From Candidatus Sulfomarinibacteraceae bacterium (GTDB lineage Bacteria; Acidobacteriota; Thermoanaerobaculia; Thermoanaerobaculales; Sulfomarinibacteraceae), in assembly GCA_963796455.1 (NCBI GenBank), contig CAWCLO010000004.1:192001-256000 (forward strand): 64,000 nt of DNA. Direction: 5' to 3'. A program made the translations under genes and the position numbers. Under the pieces are notes generated by a model, which had not been told where the DNA came from, searched no databases, and saw only the letters and a program-made list of their open reading frames with translations. Positions 29,998-41,040 of this stretch are shown here, piece by piece (the stretch's first letter is position 1; each line of letters begins with the position of its first letter).

Positions 29998-30082
29998 GCT
30001 GAAGCCCAATCAGCCGGTCTCGGCTCCGCGGGTGTAGAATCCGGTGTCAGCGGTGGAAATCACCGACTGAAGGGGGCTGGCG

Positions 30083-31673
30083 ATGCTGCGTCGGGCTTTT
30101 CCGGTTGGCACAGTCGCGTTTTTTATGGCGTTGATGTCTTCGGTTGCGGCTCCGGCTGAACAGCCGCCTCAACGTCCCGAGGGCCCCATCGGAATGAGCT
30201 CGGCCCCCGATATCTCCAGACTTCTCGGTCCCGGAACCCCGTCACCAGATCGTCGGCGCAAGCTGCCGATGCATCGAGGCGTATCGACAAAATCCCTCGA
30301 GGACTCGGTGGATCTCTGCGTCGAGGGTTATCATGGCGCTGATCGATGCTCCCGGAGCCGCGGTGGCCGTGGTCCAGAATGGTGAGCTGGTTTATGAAGC
30401 GGGATATGGCGTCAAGCTTCGTGGCGGCAACGATCTAATCGATCGCCACACCATCTTTCGTATCGGGCCGATCACCAAGCAGATGACGGCAGCCGCCGTC
30501 ATGCAGCAGGTCGAATTGGGGCGGGTGGCCCTTTCGGATCCCGTCACCGAGCTCATCCCGGAATTCGAGATCGCAGGGCGTTGGCCCGCCGACCAGATCA
30601 CCGTTTGGAACGCGCTGACCCACACCAGCGGATTTCCCGATTGGGTCGATTCCGATCCGGTCCGATCGAACGCCGCTCTCTCGTTGTGGGCTGGGCGACA
30701 GCTCGAGGTCCCGCTCCACGCACCCCCCGGTTCCTTTTGGAACTATGCGAGCCCGAACTACATGATTGCGGGCTTGATCGCCGAGCGCGCCGCGGGAACT
30801 CCATACCGTCAGCTTTTCAAAGAAAACTTGTGGCAGCCCGCCGGTATGGATTCCACGACCTTCAGCCCGGACGAGGTCATCGGTTCCGGGAACTATGCCT
30901 ATGGCCACTGCTATACCTGCGCCATCGGCGGCGAGCGAATCGTGGTGCCTGAAGAACACGATCTGTGGGCAGTCGGACCCGCCGGAATGGCGTTTTCGAC
31001 GGCGGGCGATCTGGCCAATTGGGCCTTGTTGTTGATGAATGGGGGAGGGTCTGTCCTGTCCCCTTCATCCGCGTCGATCATGCAGGAAAGACACCAGTGG
31101 ATGCACCTCACACCGGATCAATACTACGGACTCGGCATCATGACCGAGAACTATCGTGGGCTCGATGTTCGTGCGCACGGAGGGGTGATCACAGGCTTTG
31201 GCGCTCATCTGTTGTGGGTCTCGGAGTATGGTTTTGCCGTTGCCGTCCTTGTCAACGTCACCTCGACCCTCGACGATCTCGCGCACTGCATCATCGACGA
31301 AGTGCTCGGCCCTGACCCGGTCGAGCCACCCGATCTTCACACCGATCCTTCGACCTGGGCCCGTTACGAAGGAGACTATCTGTTCCGCGGGATCGACAGC
31401 ACCCAGGGGGCGCAGGTCTTCCTCGATGGTGAGGAACTTTTCATCACCCTCGAAGATCCGGTTCAAGCCGGCGTCAGCTACACCACCGAGTTGGTGCAAC
31501 AGTTCTCGGATACCTTCTGGTTCGACTCCAACGAGGATGGATCACCCGAGACCGAGATCACCTTTTGCAGCAGCGATGGTGAACCGGGTTTTGTCAGGTG
31601 GCTGCGCAACCGGCGTGCGGTGGCTGAACGGCAGTTCTCACCGCGCTCCGCGGGCCGGCGGGTCACGCCCTGA
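30083..31673 (+). pseudogene. Beta-lactamase-family serine hydrolase, frameshifted, with degenerate catalytic motifs
   Basis: The signal-peptide ORF at 30083 joins the ORF at 30333 by removing one base near 30328. FRIGPITK has Pro at the SxxK serine; LTHTSG, YASPNY and HGG are present. Confidence 0.7.
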
Positions 31674-32130
31674 TCGATATCCCGGAGCTGAGAAACTGGA
31701 AGAACGCCCGCAGATCACGCAGAGAGACCCAGATTGATCATCTTTTTCGCTATCGCTATCGCTATCGCTATCGCTATCGCTATCGTCTGGAGACTGACCG
31801 GATTTGCCCACAGATCTCCCAGATGACCCGGATGGCCGGCGTCGCAACCACAAAGACACAAAGACACAAAGCAGTCACACCAAGAAAACCACAGAGGCAC
31901 GGAGACACAGAGAGGGAACACAGAGGGCCTGGCGCAAAGGCCACAGAGCACACAGAAAAACACAGAAGCCATCGCACAGGCACGACCGGAGTGCAGCCGG
32001 GACGGCTGCACCACCATGGTGGTGCACGCGTCTCGCGTGCACATGGTTGAACCGCAAAGAACGCAAAGTCGCAAAGACGCAAAGACGCCAAGGCGCGGTT
32101 GGCGAGATTGTGGGGGGTGCCATAAGTGTC

Positions 32131-32254
32131 GGCAGATCGACAGACGATCTCCGATCGCCCGTCGCCGGTGAGAAGCGGGGCGCCTCCGATCGCCAGCGCT
32201 CGGAGTCACCCCGCTCCCCACCGCCCGGCACGCCTACGGCATGCCGGATCTGCC
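32131..32254 (-). ncRNA. Candidate four-way-junction structured RNA, copy 2
   Basis: Near-identical to 29608-29731; the differences keep or improve the pairing. Confidence 0.45.
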
Positions 32255-32395
32255 TTGTGTCGGTGACACCCTTTCTTGATTGAAGATGAGAGGAGGAAGA
32301 AGGCGAGACCTGCGCGGTCGCGCAGGACCTCGCCGGGCGGAGGATTCTACCGGGACGTCCTCTGCGTCTTTTCGACTTTGCGTCTTTGCGTCACT

Positions 32396-33204
32396 CTTGT
32401 CCAAGACTGCGTCTCAGACAGCGATCAGCGTCAGCGAACAGTAGTCAGCGAACAGGAGTCAGCGTCACGTATGACTGGTATGGAGCCCTGAAATCAAGAC
32501 TCTGGGTTGAGTAAACGCCAGGTCATCGCACGGACTTGATCGAAGGCGTTCATCGCATCAATGGCTCCGTTCGGGCTGATCGCCCCGGCGTGGGCGAGGA
32601 GCTGCAAGTGGCTGTCGACCTCTTTCGCCGAGGCGTAGGCGATTCTCCAGTGATTCGACCGGTCTCTACCGACTCGGCCGTGCCCTTCTGCCAGATTCGC
32701 AGGGACCGAACTTGCCGACCGGATCACCTGATCGGCTATGGATTTCAGCGGAGCCGGAACCCTCATCACGAGCTTGATCGCGATTCCTGCCGCTTCGAGG
32801 GCCTTCGAGTGGGCAACGAGGTTGGTGTTCGTGTCGGCTGAGGACATGGTCACCTCCGGGTCGTTCATGCCCATACCCACAAGCCGGTGAGGCGGCCGAT
32901 GTCAAGGATGCCCTGCACCCTGCTTGTCCTTGACATCGGCCGCCCACCGGCTACCCCTTCCTTGGAACGACCCGGAGGTGGCCACTTCGTCGCCTGTAAT
33001 CCTGACCGCTGCCGCTGCCGCTGCCGCTGATCACTGAACACTGATCGCTGTTACCTGTCGCTGCCCCTGGACTCTGTCGCTGCCGCTGCAATTCGGGATC
33101 GGGAACGGGTAGGGGCCAACCGCGAACCGGATATGCCAAAAACCAACCCGTAAACCACGTGTTGTCAGGTGGGAAGCTTCAGGTGACGATCTGTTTTGGA
33201 CAGC
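32396..33204 (-). mobile_element. IR-bounded element carrying a four-helix-bundle gene (copy B)
   Basis: Left CTTGTCCAAGAC; right CTGCCGCTGCAATTCGGG (to 33097) and degenerate TGTTTTGGACAG (33192); same leader hairpin as copy A. Confidence 0.7.
32494..32847 (-). CDS. Four-helix-bundle protein (23S rRNA-IVP family), close paralog of 26060-26413
   Basis: Same signature and length (117 aa) with few substitutions. Confidence 0.9.
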   Translation of the reverse strand: MSSADTNTNLVAHSKALEAAGIAIKLVMRVPAPLKSIADQVIRSASSVPANLAEGHGRVGRDRSNHWRIAYASAKEVDSHLQLLAHAGAISPNGAIDAMNAFDQVRAMTWRLLNPES

Positions 33205-33443
33205 AGCGTCTTTGCGTTAAAACCTCGAGAGGCTGAGGCCGTTTTTTGCAGAGGTGGCTGATGGCGCTGCAACCGGGCTGTCATGTGCGTCGATCTGCGT
33301 GATCTGCGGGCAATTTGAGCGGTTCTTCCAACGGCTTTTTTTCTGGGTGCCTCTGTGGTTTTCTCGGGAAGGCCGTGTGGCATACCGTTCGCGGGCCTGC
33401 CCTGATATTCTCTCCCCTGCATTTCGCACCGGGGGGATTCCAG

Positions 33444-36400
33444 ATGAAAGCTCGTTGGCTCGTTTCTTTGGTTGTTTTATTGGCAGCTTCGGCGACCTTT
33501 GCCGAGGTCTCTGATGAAGTTCTGAATTCACTTTCCTACCGTCTGGTCGGCCCCTTTCGCGGCGGTCGCGTCACCGCGGTGACCGGAGTGCCGGGTGATC
33601 CGTTGACCTACTACATGGGCTCGACGGGAGGTGGTGTGTGGAAGACCACCGACGCCGGCAAGACCTGGAACAACGTATCGGACGCGGTCAGGATGCTGGA
33701 GCCGAAATCCGAGCCCGAAATCATGGGCGAGGTCGACCCCGCTCTTTCCGAGCTGGGTCTGCTGCGACCCCCGATCGGTGGTCTGCCGTCGGATGTCGAA
33801 TGGGAGCAACGCCCCGGCGACGCATTCGGTACCGCCTCCATCGGAGCGATCGCGGTCGCCCCTTCCGACACCAACGTGGTCTACGTCGGTACCGGTTCGG
33901 CCTGCCCGCGCGGCAACGTTTCTCCGGGCGACGGAATCTACAAGTCGGTCGACGCCGGTTCCACCTGGCGTCATATCGGACTTCCCGAGGCCGGTCAGAT
34001 CGCCCGGATCGTCGTCCATCCGACGGATCCGGATGTGGTCTACGCGGCGGTCCTGGGTCACATCTTCGGCCCCAATCCGGAGCGTGGGGTTTATCGTTCG
34101 ACCGACGGCGGTCTGAGTTGGTCGAAGGTCCTCTTCGTGTCCGACGAGGCCGGAGCGGTCGATCTTTCGATGGATGCCTCCAACCCGCGGGTGCTCTATG
34201 CCGCCATGTGGCAGGCCAAACGTTTGCCCTGGACAATGGTGTCCGGAGGCGCGGGAAGCGGCGTCTACAAAACCACTGACGGCGGCAACACCTGGGTCGA
34301 ACTCACCGAGGGGCTGCCCGAGGGGACCAAAGGGCGGATCGCCGTGGTGGTTTCACCGGCCGCGTCGAACCGCGTGTGGGCCCTGGTGGAGGCTGAGGAC
34401 GGTGGGCTCTTCCGCTCGGACAACGGCGGCAAGAAATTTCGCCGCGTCAGCAAGAGCCGCGATCTGGTTCAGCGTGCCTGGTACTACACCCACATCGAGG
34501 CGGATCCGAAGAACGCCAACACGGTCTATGTCAACAACGTCATGTTTTGGAAATCTGTTGACGGCGGCAAGAGCTTCCGCCCGATCCGGACCCCTCACGG
34601 CGACAACCACGCGATGTGGATCAACCCGGATGATCCGGCCAACCTCATTCAAGCCAACGACGGTGGCGCCAACATCAGTTTCAATGGTGGGCGCACCTGG
34701 TCGGTGCAGTCGAATCAGCCGACCTCCGAGATCTATCGCGTCACGGTGGACGACCAATGGCCCTACTGGCTCTACGGCGGCCAGCAGGACAACTCGGCCG
34801 TCGCCACTCCGAGTCGTGCCCCGGGCGGTATCGCCTGGCGTGATTGGTATGCCCCGGCGGGCTGCGAAACCGCCACAGTCGCGGTCGATCCGCGCAATCC
34901 GAACATCACCTATGGAGGCTGCTATGGAGGTTCCATCGGTCGCCACGACCGAGAGACCGGGCACGAACAGAACATGATGGCGTGGCCTCAGATGGCGGTT
35001 GGTCAACAGGCCAAGGATCTCAAGTACCGCTTCCAGTGGAACGCACCGATCCGGATTTCACCCCACGATCCGTCGATTCTCTACCACACGGCGAATATCG
35101 TGTTGAAATCCACCGACGAAGGCAGAAGCTGGACGGAGATCAGTCCGGATCTGACCCGTGACGACGAGTCGAAACAGGGTTATGCCGGCGAGCCGATCAC
35201 CCGCGACAACACCGGGGTGGAGGTCTACGGCACCATCTTTGCCTTTGAAGAGTCGCCCCATCAGGCGGGTCTGCTCTGGGCGGGCAGCGACGACGGACTG
35301 GTTCATATCTCGTCCGACGGCGGCGCGAGTTGGAGCGATATCACACCGGTCGATATGCCGGAGTGGGGGACGGTCAATGCCATCGAGCTCTCGGCTCATG
35401 ACGCCGGCCGGGCCTTTCTCGCCGTCCAGCGCTACCGCCAGGACGATTTCACCCCGTACATCTTCCGCACCGATGACTTTGGCAAGAGCTGGTCGATGCT
35501 CAGCAACGGCTCCAACGGCATTCCCGCCGATCATTTTGTCCGCGTCGTACGCGAAGATCCCGAACGTGAGGGTCTGCTCTACGCCGGCACCGAGTTCGGG
35601 CTCTATGTGTCATTCAACGACGGCACGAAATGGCAGCCGCTGCAACTCAATCTGCCGGTTACCCCGATCACCGATCTCGCCGTCAAACGTGGAGATCTGG
35701 TGGTGGCGACGCAGGGCCGGTCGTTCTGGATCCTGGATGATTTGACCGTTCTGCATCAGCTGACCGAAGACGCGGCTGAGGCGGACTTCCACCTCTTCAC
35801 GCCTCGCACCGTTGTACGGTGGGTCGATCAATCGGGCGGCGGTGGACGCGGTGCGGTGGGACAGAACCCGCCCTTCGGCGCCACGATCCACTATGTCCTG
35901 CCGAATGGCATGGGCGAGAAGGATGCCGACGAGGTGACCCTCGAGATCCTCGACGCTTCGGGAGAGGTGCTGCGAAGCCTTTCGAGCAAGACCCCTGAGA
36001 AAGTCGCACCAAGCCCCTGGCGGCAGATGTTCCCGGAGCTCTTCGAACCGCTTCTTTTGAAGGTGCGGGCCGGCGCCAACCGCTATGTTTGGAACCTGGC
36101 TCTGCCCGATGCGGGCTTGGTTGACGACGCGGTGGTTTGGGGCTCCCCGGGGGGGCCGACGGTTCCGCCGGGCTCCTATCAGGCACGGATGACGGTGGGC
36201 GACTGGAGCAAGACGACTTCGTTCGAGGTTGTCCAGGACCCGAGGCTCGATGTTTCGCAGGAGGCCGCCGATCAGCAGTTTGCTCTGGCCTCAGCGATCT
36301 GGAGAGAAATCACCCGTTCACACGACGCCATCAAACGGATCCGGAAGATCCGTGATCAGGTCGAGACCATCGCCGAACGGATGGACGACGAGGCGATCAC

Positions 36401-36707
36401 AGAAAAGGCTGGGGAGATCAACGAGGCTCTGACCTCGATCGAGGAGAAAATGCGCCAGGTCAAGAGCGAGGTGGGCCAGGACGTGCTCAACTTCCCGCCA
36501 CAGATCGACAATCAACTGGTTTACCTCCAGGGTGTCGTGGAGAGCACTGTCGGCGCCCCGCTGCAAAGCTCTCGCGATCGATTCACAGAGCTCGAGACCG
36601 AGCTTAATGGTTACATCGCGGACCTCGATGCGATCGTCGAGGAGCGGGTGGCGGAATTCGAGGGGATGCTCGAAGCAGCCGATCCCCCGCGCATCGCGGT
36701 CGACTAG
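33444..36707 (+). CDS. Secreted VPS10/BNR (Asp-box) repeat beta-propeller protein, glycosyl hydrolase-like
   Basis: GPFRGGRV, many S/TxDGGxTW boxes, helical C-terminus; start MKARW. Confidence 0.9.
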   Translation: MKARWLVSLVVLLAASATFAEVSDEVLNSLSYRLVGPFRGGRVTAVTGVPGDPLTYYMGSTGGGVWKTTDAGKTWNNVSDAVRMLEPKSEPEIMGEVDPALSELGLLRPPIGGLPSDVEWEQRPGDAFGTASIGAIAVAPSDTNVVYVGTGSACPRGNVSPGDGIYKSVDAGSTWRHIGLPEAGQIARIVVHPTDPDVVYAAVLGHIFGPNPERGVYRSTDGGLSWSKVLFVSDEAGAVDLSMDASNPRVLYAAMWQAKRLPWTMVSGGAGSGVYKTTDGGNTWVELTEGLPEGTKGRIAVVVSPAASNRVWALVEAEDGGLFRSDNGGKKFRRVSKSRDLVQRAWYYTHIEADPKNANTVYVNNVMFWKSVDGGKSFRPIRTPHGDNHAMWINPDDPANLIQANDGGANISFNGGRTWSVQSNQPTSEIYRVTVDDQWPYWLYGGQQDNSAVATPSRAPGGIAWRDWYAPAGCETATVAVDPRNPNITYGGCYGGSIGRHDRETGHEQNMMAWPQMAVGQQAKDLKYRFQWNAPIRISPHDPSILYHTANIVLKSTDEGRSWTEISPDLTRDDESKQGYAGEPITRDNTGVEVYGTIFAFEESPHQAGLLWAGSDDGLVHISSDGGASWSDITPVDMPEWGTVNAIELSAHDAGRAFLAVQRYRQDDFTPYIFRTDDFGKSWSMLSNGSNGIPADHFVRVVREDPEREGLLYAGTEFGLYVSFNDGTKWQPLQLNLPVTPITDLAVKRGDLVVATQGRSFWILDDLTVLHQLTEDAAEADFHLFTPRTVVRWVDQSGGGGRGAVGQNPPFGATIHYVLPNGMGEKDADEVTLEILDASGEVLRSLSSKTPEKVAPSPWRQMFPELFEPLLLKVRAGANRYVWNLALPDAGLVDDAVVWGSPGGPTVPPGSYQARMTVGDWSKTTSFEVVQDPRLDVSQEAADQQFALASAIWREITRSHDAIKRIRKIRDQVETIAERMDDEAITEKAGEINEALTSIEEKMRQVKSEVGQDVLNFPPQIDNQLVYLQGVVESTVGAPLQSSRDRFTELETELNGYIADLDAIVEERVAEFEGMLEAADPPRIAVD

Positions 36708-36727
36708 CGGCAACGCACCGAACAAAC

Positions 36728-36757
36728 AAACCCGGGGCAAAGGCCCCGGGTTTTTCT
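36728..36757 (+). terminator. Intrinsic terminator
   Basis: AAACCCGGGG-CAAAGG-CCCCGGGTTTTT. Confidence 0.8.
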
Positions 36758-36869
36758 GTTTGGGGCCGGCTTGCGGTTCAAGGAAACCGGGACCGCGAAA
36801 ATCCGTATTACAGACGATGCTTTTCGCCATCGCTTCACACATGCAACAAATTGAAAATCAGGAGGTCTG

Positions 36870-38063
36870 ATGCAACGTCACGTCGTGTTCCTTTTTCTCG
36901 TGTGCCTTGTGGCGGCCGCGGCCAACGCCGGCGAGCCCATTACCATTGGTGAGACCATCACCCTGCAGTCGAAGATCATGGGCGAGGAGCGCACTGTCCT
37001 GGTGTCCACACCTCCCGGTTACGAGCAGGGCACGGGCACCTTCGCGGTCCTCTATATGACGGATGGCAACGGCCATTTCACCCATACCCGCGGGACCGTC
37101 GATTTTCTCGCCGGCAACGGTCTGATGCCCCAGGTCATCATCGTGGCGGTCGGAAACACCGATCGGACCCGTGATCTCACGCCGACCCACGTCGAGCGCC
37201 CCCAGACGGAGGGTGGACCACCTCCAGCGCCCACCAGCGGCGGCGCCTCGAAGTTTCTCGATTTCTTTGAGAGTGAGCTCATTCCGTTTATCGATGAGAA
37301 TTACCGGACCGTGCCGCTGCGGCTCTTTGCCGGCCATTCATTCGGCGGACTCTTCGCGCTCAACGCCAACTTCACCCGTCCAGAGCTCTTCGGCGCGGTC
37401 ATCGCCGTCAGCCCGAGTCTTGCTTGGGACGACGAACTGCCGGCGCGGCAGGCGGCGGAGTTTTTCAAGGATCGGAAGGAATTCAACGCGGACCTCTTTG
37501 TCACCATGGGCAATGAAGAGGAGGGCGACCCGAGGCCCAACCGACTCGACCGTCTCGAATCGGCGCTCGAGGCCTCGAATGCCAAGGGCTTCCGCTGGCA
37601 GATCAAACGCCTGCCCGACGAGACCCACGGATCGGTGGTGCTCCGATCCCACTACTGGGGCTTGCGTTTTGTCTTTGAAGGTTGGCAACTCCCGAGAGAC
37701 GCCGAAACCGGTCGAGTCGATGGCGGTCTCGATACAGTCAAAAAGCACTACGCCGCTCTGTCGAAGCGATATGGGTTCACGGTCCTGCCCGACGAAAACC
37801 AACTCAACGGCCTCGGCTACCAATTCCTCCTGGGAGGGGATATCGAACCGGCGATCGAGGTCTTTTTATACAACACAGAGTTGTATCCCGGGGCTGCAAA
37901 CCCCTTTGACAGCCTCGGCGAGGCCTATGAAGCAGCGGGGAAGATGAAGCAGGCCTTCGAGGCCTACTCCACGGCCGTCACGAATGCCGAAAAAAGCGGC
38001 GATGACCGAATCGGGATCTTCACCACCAACCGGGATCGAGCGAAAACCGCGATCGAGCAGTGA
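36870..38063 (+). CDS. IroE-like alpha/beta esterase with a C-terminal TPR
   Basis: VLYMTDG, RTRDLTP, GHSFGG, DETHGS, DSLGEAY. Confidence 0.9.
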   Translation: MQRHVVFLFLVCLVAAAANAGEPITIGETITLQSKIMGEERTVLVSTPPGYEQGTGTFAVLYMTDGNGHFTHTRGTVDFLAGNGLMPQVIIVAVGNTDRTRDLTPTHVERPQTEGGPPPAPTSGGASKFLDFFESELIPFIDENYRTVPLRLFAGHSFGGLFALNANFTRPELFGAVIAVSPSLAWDDELPARQAAEFFKDRKEFNADLFVTMGNEEEGDPRPNRLDRLESALEASNAKGFRWQIKRLPDETHGSVVLRSHYWGLRFVFEGWQLPRDAETGRVDGGLDTVKKHYAALSKRYGFTVLPDENQLNGLGYQFLLGGDIEPAIEVFLYNTELYPGAANPFDSLGEAYEAAGKMKQAFEAYSTAVTNAEKSGDDRIGIFTTNRDRAKTAIEQ

Positions 38064-38105
38064 CATTGTGATCGACCGGTTCAAGGGTCGTCGACGTGCG
38101 GACAG

Positions 38106-40296
38106 ATGGCGCGGCCGCGACCTTCGACCTATATTCGAGGTGGAGGAGCCGTGTTTCGATTAGGGCTCGTGACAATTCTGACGGCCGTCGTTTCGACCGG
38201 TTTCGCGACCGACAGGCCGGACAACCGCGAGGAGACAGAGGACGGGTGTTCGCGCGCCAAGATCGCGCTGCATCGAATCGAGACGCTGACCAAGCACCTC
38301 GAAGATTCCGGCCATGCCTTGACCGATGTCCAGCACTACGTGCTCGACTTCGAGGTCGATCCCGCGGCCGAGATCATCGATGGCTCCACCACCATGACGG
38401 TCATGAGCAGGGTGGATGATCTTTCCGAGTTCAGGTTCTGGCTCAACGAGACCATGGTCATCTCGTCGGTGGAAATCGATGGCCAAGCTGCATCGTGGCA
38501 ACGCTTCGACACCACCCGGGTCGATGTGAACCTGGATCGTGTGTATGCCGAGGGCGAGATCTTCGCTCTCGAGGTGAGCTATCGCGGGAGGCCTGCACCC
38601 GCGTGGTTCTTCTCGACCCAGGGCACCTCACCCATCGTGTCGACCCTGAGCCAACCGTGGAATGCCTCGGACTGGTGGGCGGTCAAGAACGACAATACCG
38701 ACAAGGCAACCGGTGAGCTCCTGGTGACGGTTCCCGCGAATCTGATCGTTGTATCCAACGGCGTTTGGATATCAACCGAGAACGTGTCCGGCAATCGGAG
38801 TCGCTTTCACTGGTCCACTGCCTATCCCACCACGCCCTACCTTTTTGCATTTTCGACCACCGAATACAACACCTTCGAGGAGACCTATTTCTTCGAAGGC
38901 GGTTCGATGCCGGTGGAGTTCTTCATCTACCCCGATTCGGACACCACCGAGAATCGTGACGGGTGGCGTCTTTCGGTCGACATGCTGGCGACCTTCGAAG
39001 AGCTCTTTGGTCCCTACCCGTTCCAGGATGAAAAATACGCCATCTATCAGTTTCCATTTGGCGGCGGAATGGAGCACCAGACAGCGAGCGGCCAGGGCGG
39101 CAATTCGGCCTTCAGGGACTATCTGACCGCACATGAAGCGGCCCACCAGTGGTGGGGCGACATGGTGACCTGCGCAACATGGAATGACATCTGGCTCAAC
39201 GAGGGTTTTGCCACCTATTCCACGGGTTTGTGGTACGAGTGGGAGTCCGGAACCTCCAACCCCGACGCGCTTCAGACCTATATGGAGATCCGGCGGCCGG
39301 ACCAGCTCGACGGCACCGTCTACGTCTACGATGCCTCCGACTCGGCTCGCATCTTTTCGTCGAACTATTCCTACAGCAAAGGAGCCTGGGTTGTTCACAT
39401 GTTGCGCGGAGTGGTGGGCGATGAGAACTTCTTCGACATCCTCGCCGCCTACCGCGATCGGTATGAGTTCTCGACCGCGACGACCGACGACTTCAAAAGG
39501 GTCGCGGAGGAGATCTGGGGCTCCAATCTCGCGTGGTTTTTTGACGAGTGGGTCTACGGCGGCGGTGCGCCCGCATACCGCAATGGCTGGCAGGAAACCG
39601 TGGTCAACGGACAACGGTATCTGGAGCTCCTCATCGAGCAGAGCCAAAATGAGGCGGTCTTTCAGATGCCTTTGGAGATCGTGACCGACGAAAGTGGTCA
39701 GCCCCGCAGTTACACCATCTGGAACGACGCTCGCGTCGAGCACCATCTGATCCCTGTTTCAGGTGCGGTGGACGATGTCGACCTCGACCCGGAGAACTGG
39801 ATTCTCAGCCGGATCAACATCGAGGGTCGCATTCTTCGATGGACCACCAAAAGTCGTGGCGATCGATCCTGCACCAGGGTTCGTCCACTTCATGGGCGAG
39901 CCCCTGGCGGTCGACATCACCTTCCATCGAGATGTCGTGATCGACGCTGACGACTTTGTTCTCCGTCGTCAGGGCGGCCGCGACCATGCGCTCGATGTCT
40001 TCTACAACGCCACGACCCAAACCGTAACCCTGAGGGCCGGGGCGCAGCTGCCGGGTGGGTGGTACCAGATCATCGTCAAGGATGCGATCGTCGATACCGA
40101 AGACGGCATCGCGCTCGACGGCGAGCTCGAGACCGTTCGAAGCAGCCTCCTTCCGAGTGGTGACGGCGTTCCCGGTGGCGACTCCGTGATCGATTTCGGG
40201 GTCATCGGCCTCAGGCAATCCACCGACCGCCGGATGATCCCGATGGGCGCCGCCAAAACCCCTCAGCGAAACCAACCCGGCTGGGCTCCATTCTGA
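38106..40296 (+). CDS. M1 family aminopeptidase with a C-terminal Ig-like domain (frameshift near 39825)
   Basis: GGMEH, HEAAH..NEGFA, YSKG. One extra G in GAGGGTC separates it from the VVAIDPAPG Ig-like ORF at 39763-40296. Confidence 0.85.
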
Positions 40297-40811
40297 CGCG
40301 CTTCGGAGACGATCCTTCCAAGCGATGCCCGCTGCCGTCTCAGCTCTTCCCCGATCTCTTTCAATCGAGCCTCAGCGCGAGCGAGTCGTGCCAGGCTCCT
40401 GGGAGTCAGACGGCCGTCCTGGATGAGATCGATATCGGCTTCCACCTGCCTCTTCTTGCGCTCGACCTCATGGACTCGTTGCTGTTGTTTGAGGTACCGC
40501 GAGCGCCAGAGGGCCCGAGTGCGGGCCTCTGCGGCCGCCGGTGCCGAGGCCACCACGAGATCCCCCGATGGGCCCTCGATCAAGGCCGTTTGGCTGCCGA
40601 TGACCTGGACGTTGTCGTTGCTGATGGTCACCCGGCCGGTATCGTCGGTGGCGAGGGTTCGACGAAGTTCGAGCGTTCTGGCGTAGGCGGCGAGAGTCCC
40701 GGGCCGGGGTGTTGAAGGTGGCTGTTCAGCCGAGTTGGCAACGACCGAACAACAAAATGTGAACAGAATCTGGGCCGCGAGTGTGGTCTGGGATTGGTTT
40801 GGAAAATCCAT
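40263..40811 (-). CDS. Hypothetical secreted coiled-coil protein
   Basis: AAAGGA RBS, signal-like start, ends ARQNGAQPGWFR. Confidence 0.65.
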   Translation of the reverse strand: MDFPNQSQTTLAAQILFTFCCSVVANSAEQPPSTPRPGTLAAYARTLELRRTLATDDTGRVTISNDNVQVIGSQTALIEGPSGDLVVASAPAAAEARTRALWRSRYLKQQQRVHEVERKKRQVEADIDLIQDGRLTPRSLARLARAEARLKEIGEELRRQRASLGRIVSEARQNGAQPGWFR

Positions 40812-40860
40812 GCCGGAGTCCTTTCCGGCGTGGACGGGATGGGGTGATCATAGACGATTC

Positions 40861-41040
40861 AGGGCAGGGGGGAAAGGGAGGAAAGGGAGAAAGGGAGAAA
40901 GGGAGAAAGGGAGCAGGGGGGAAGGGGAGAAAGGGAGATCGCCAGTCGACCCCATTTCGCTCCTGATCCCGTTCCCGATCCCGGATAAGACGTACATCGC
41001 AGAGGGGCAGAGGGGCAGAGGGGCGAGGGAGGGGCAGAGG
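40861..41040. repeat. Purine-rich GGGAGAAA and CAGAGGGG tracts with a CCCGTT/CCCGAT tract
   Basis: Visible tandem units; reverse-complement tracts occur at 43355-43453. Confidence 0.7.

Larger units (their letters stand above)
31706..33368. repeat. Composite nested repeat, copy 2, interrupted by a four-helix-bundle element
   Basis: GCCCGCAGATCACGCAGA (31706) is the exact reverse complement of 33294-33311; includes (TCGCTA)6 at 31747 and a REP doublet at 31991-32042. Confidence 0.8.

Noticed and set aside
25766..33204. Diversity-generating retroelement (Avd-like genes)
   Set aside because: No reverse transcriptase, and I saw no TR/VR pair with adenine-specific mismatches in the window.
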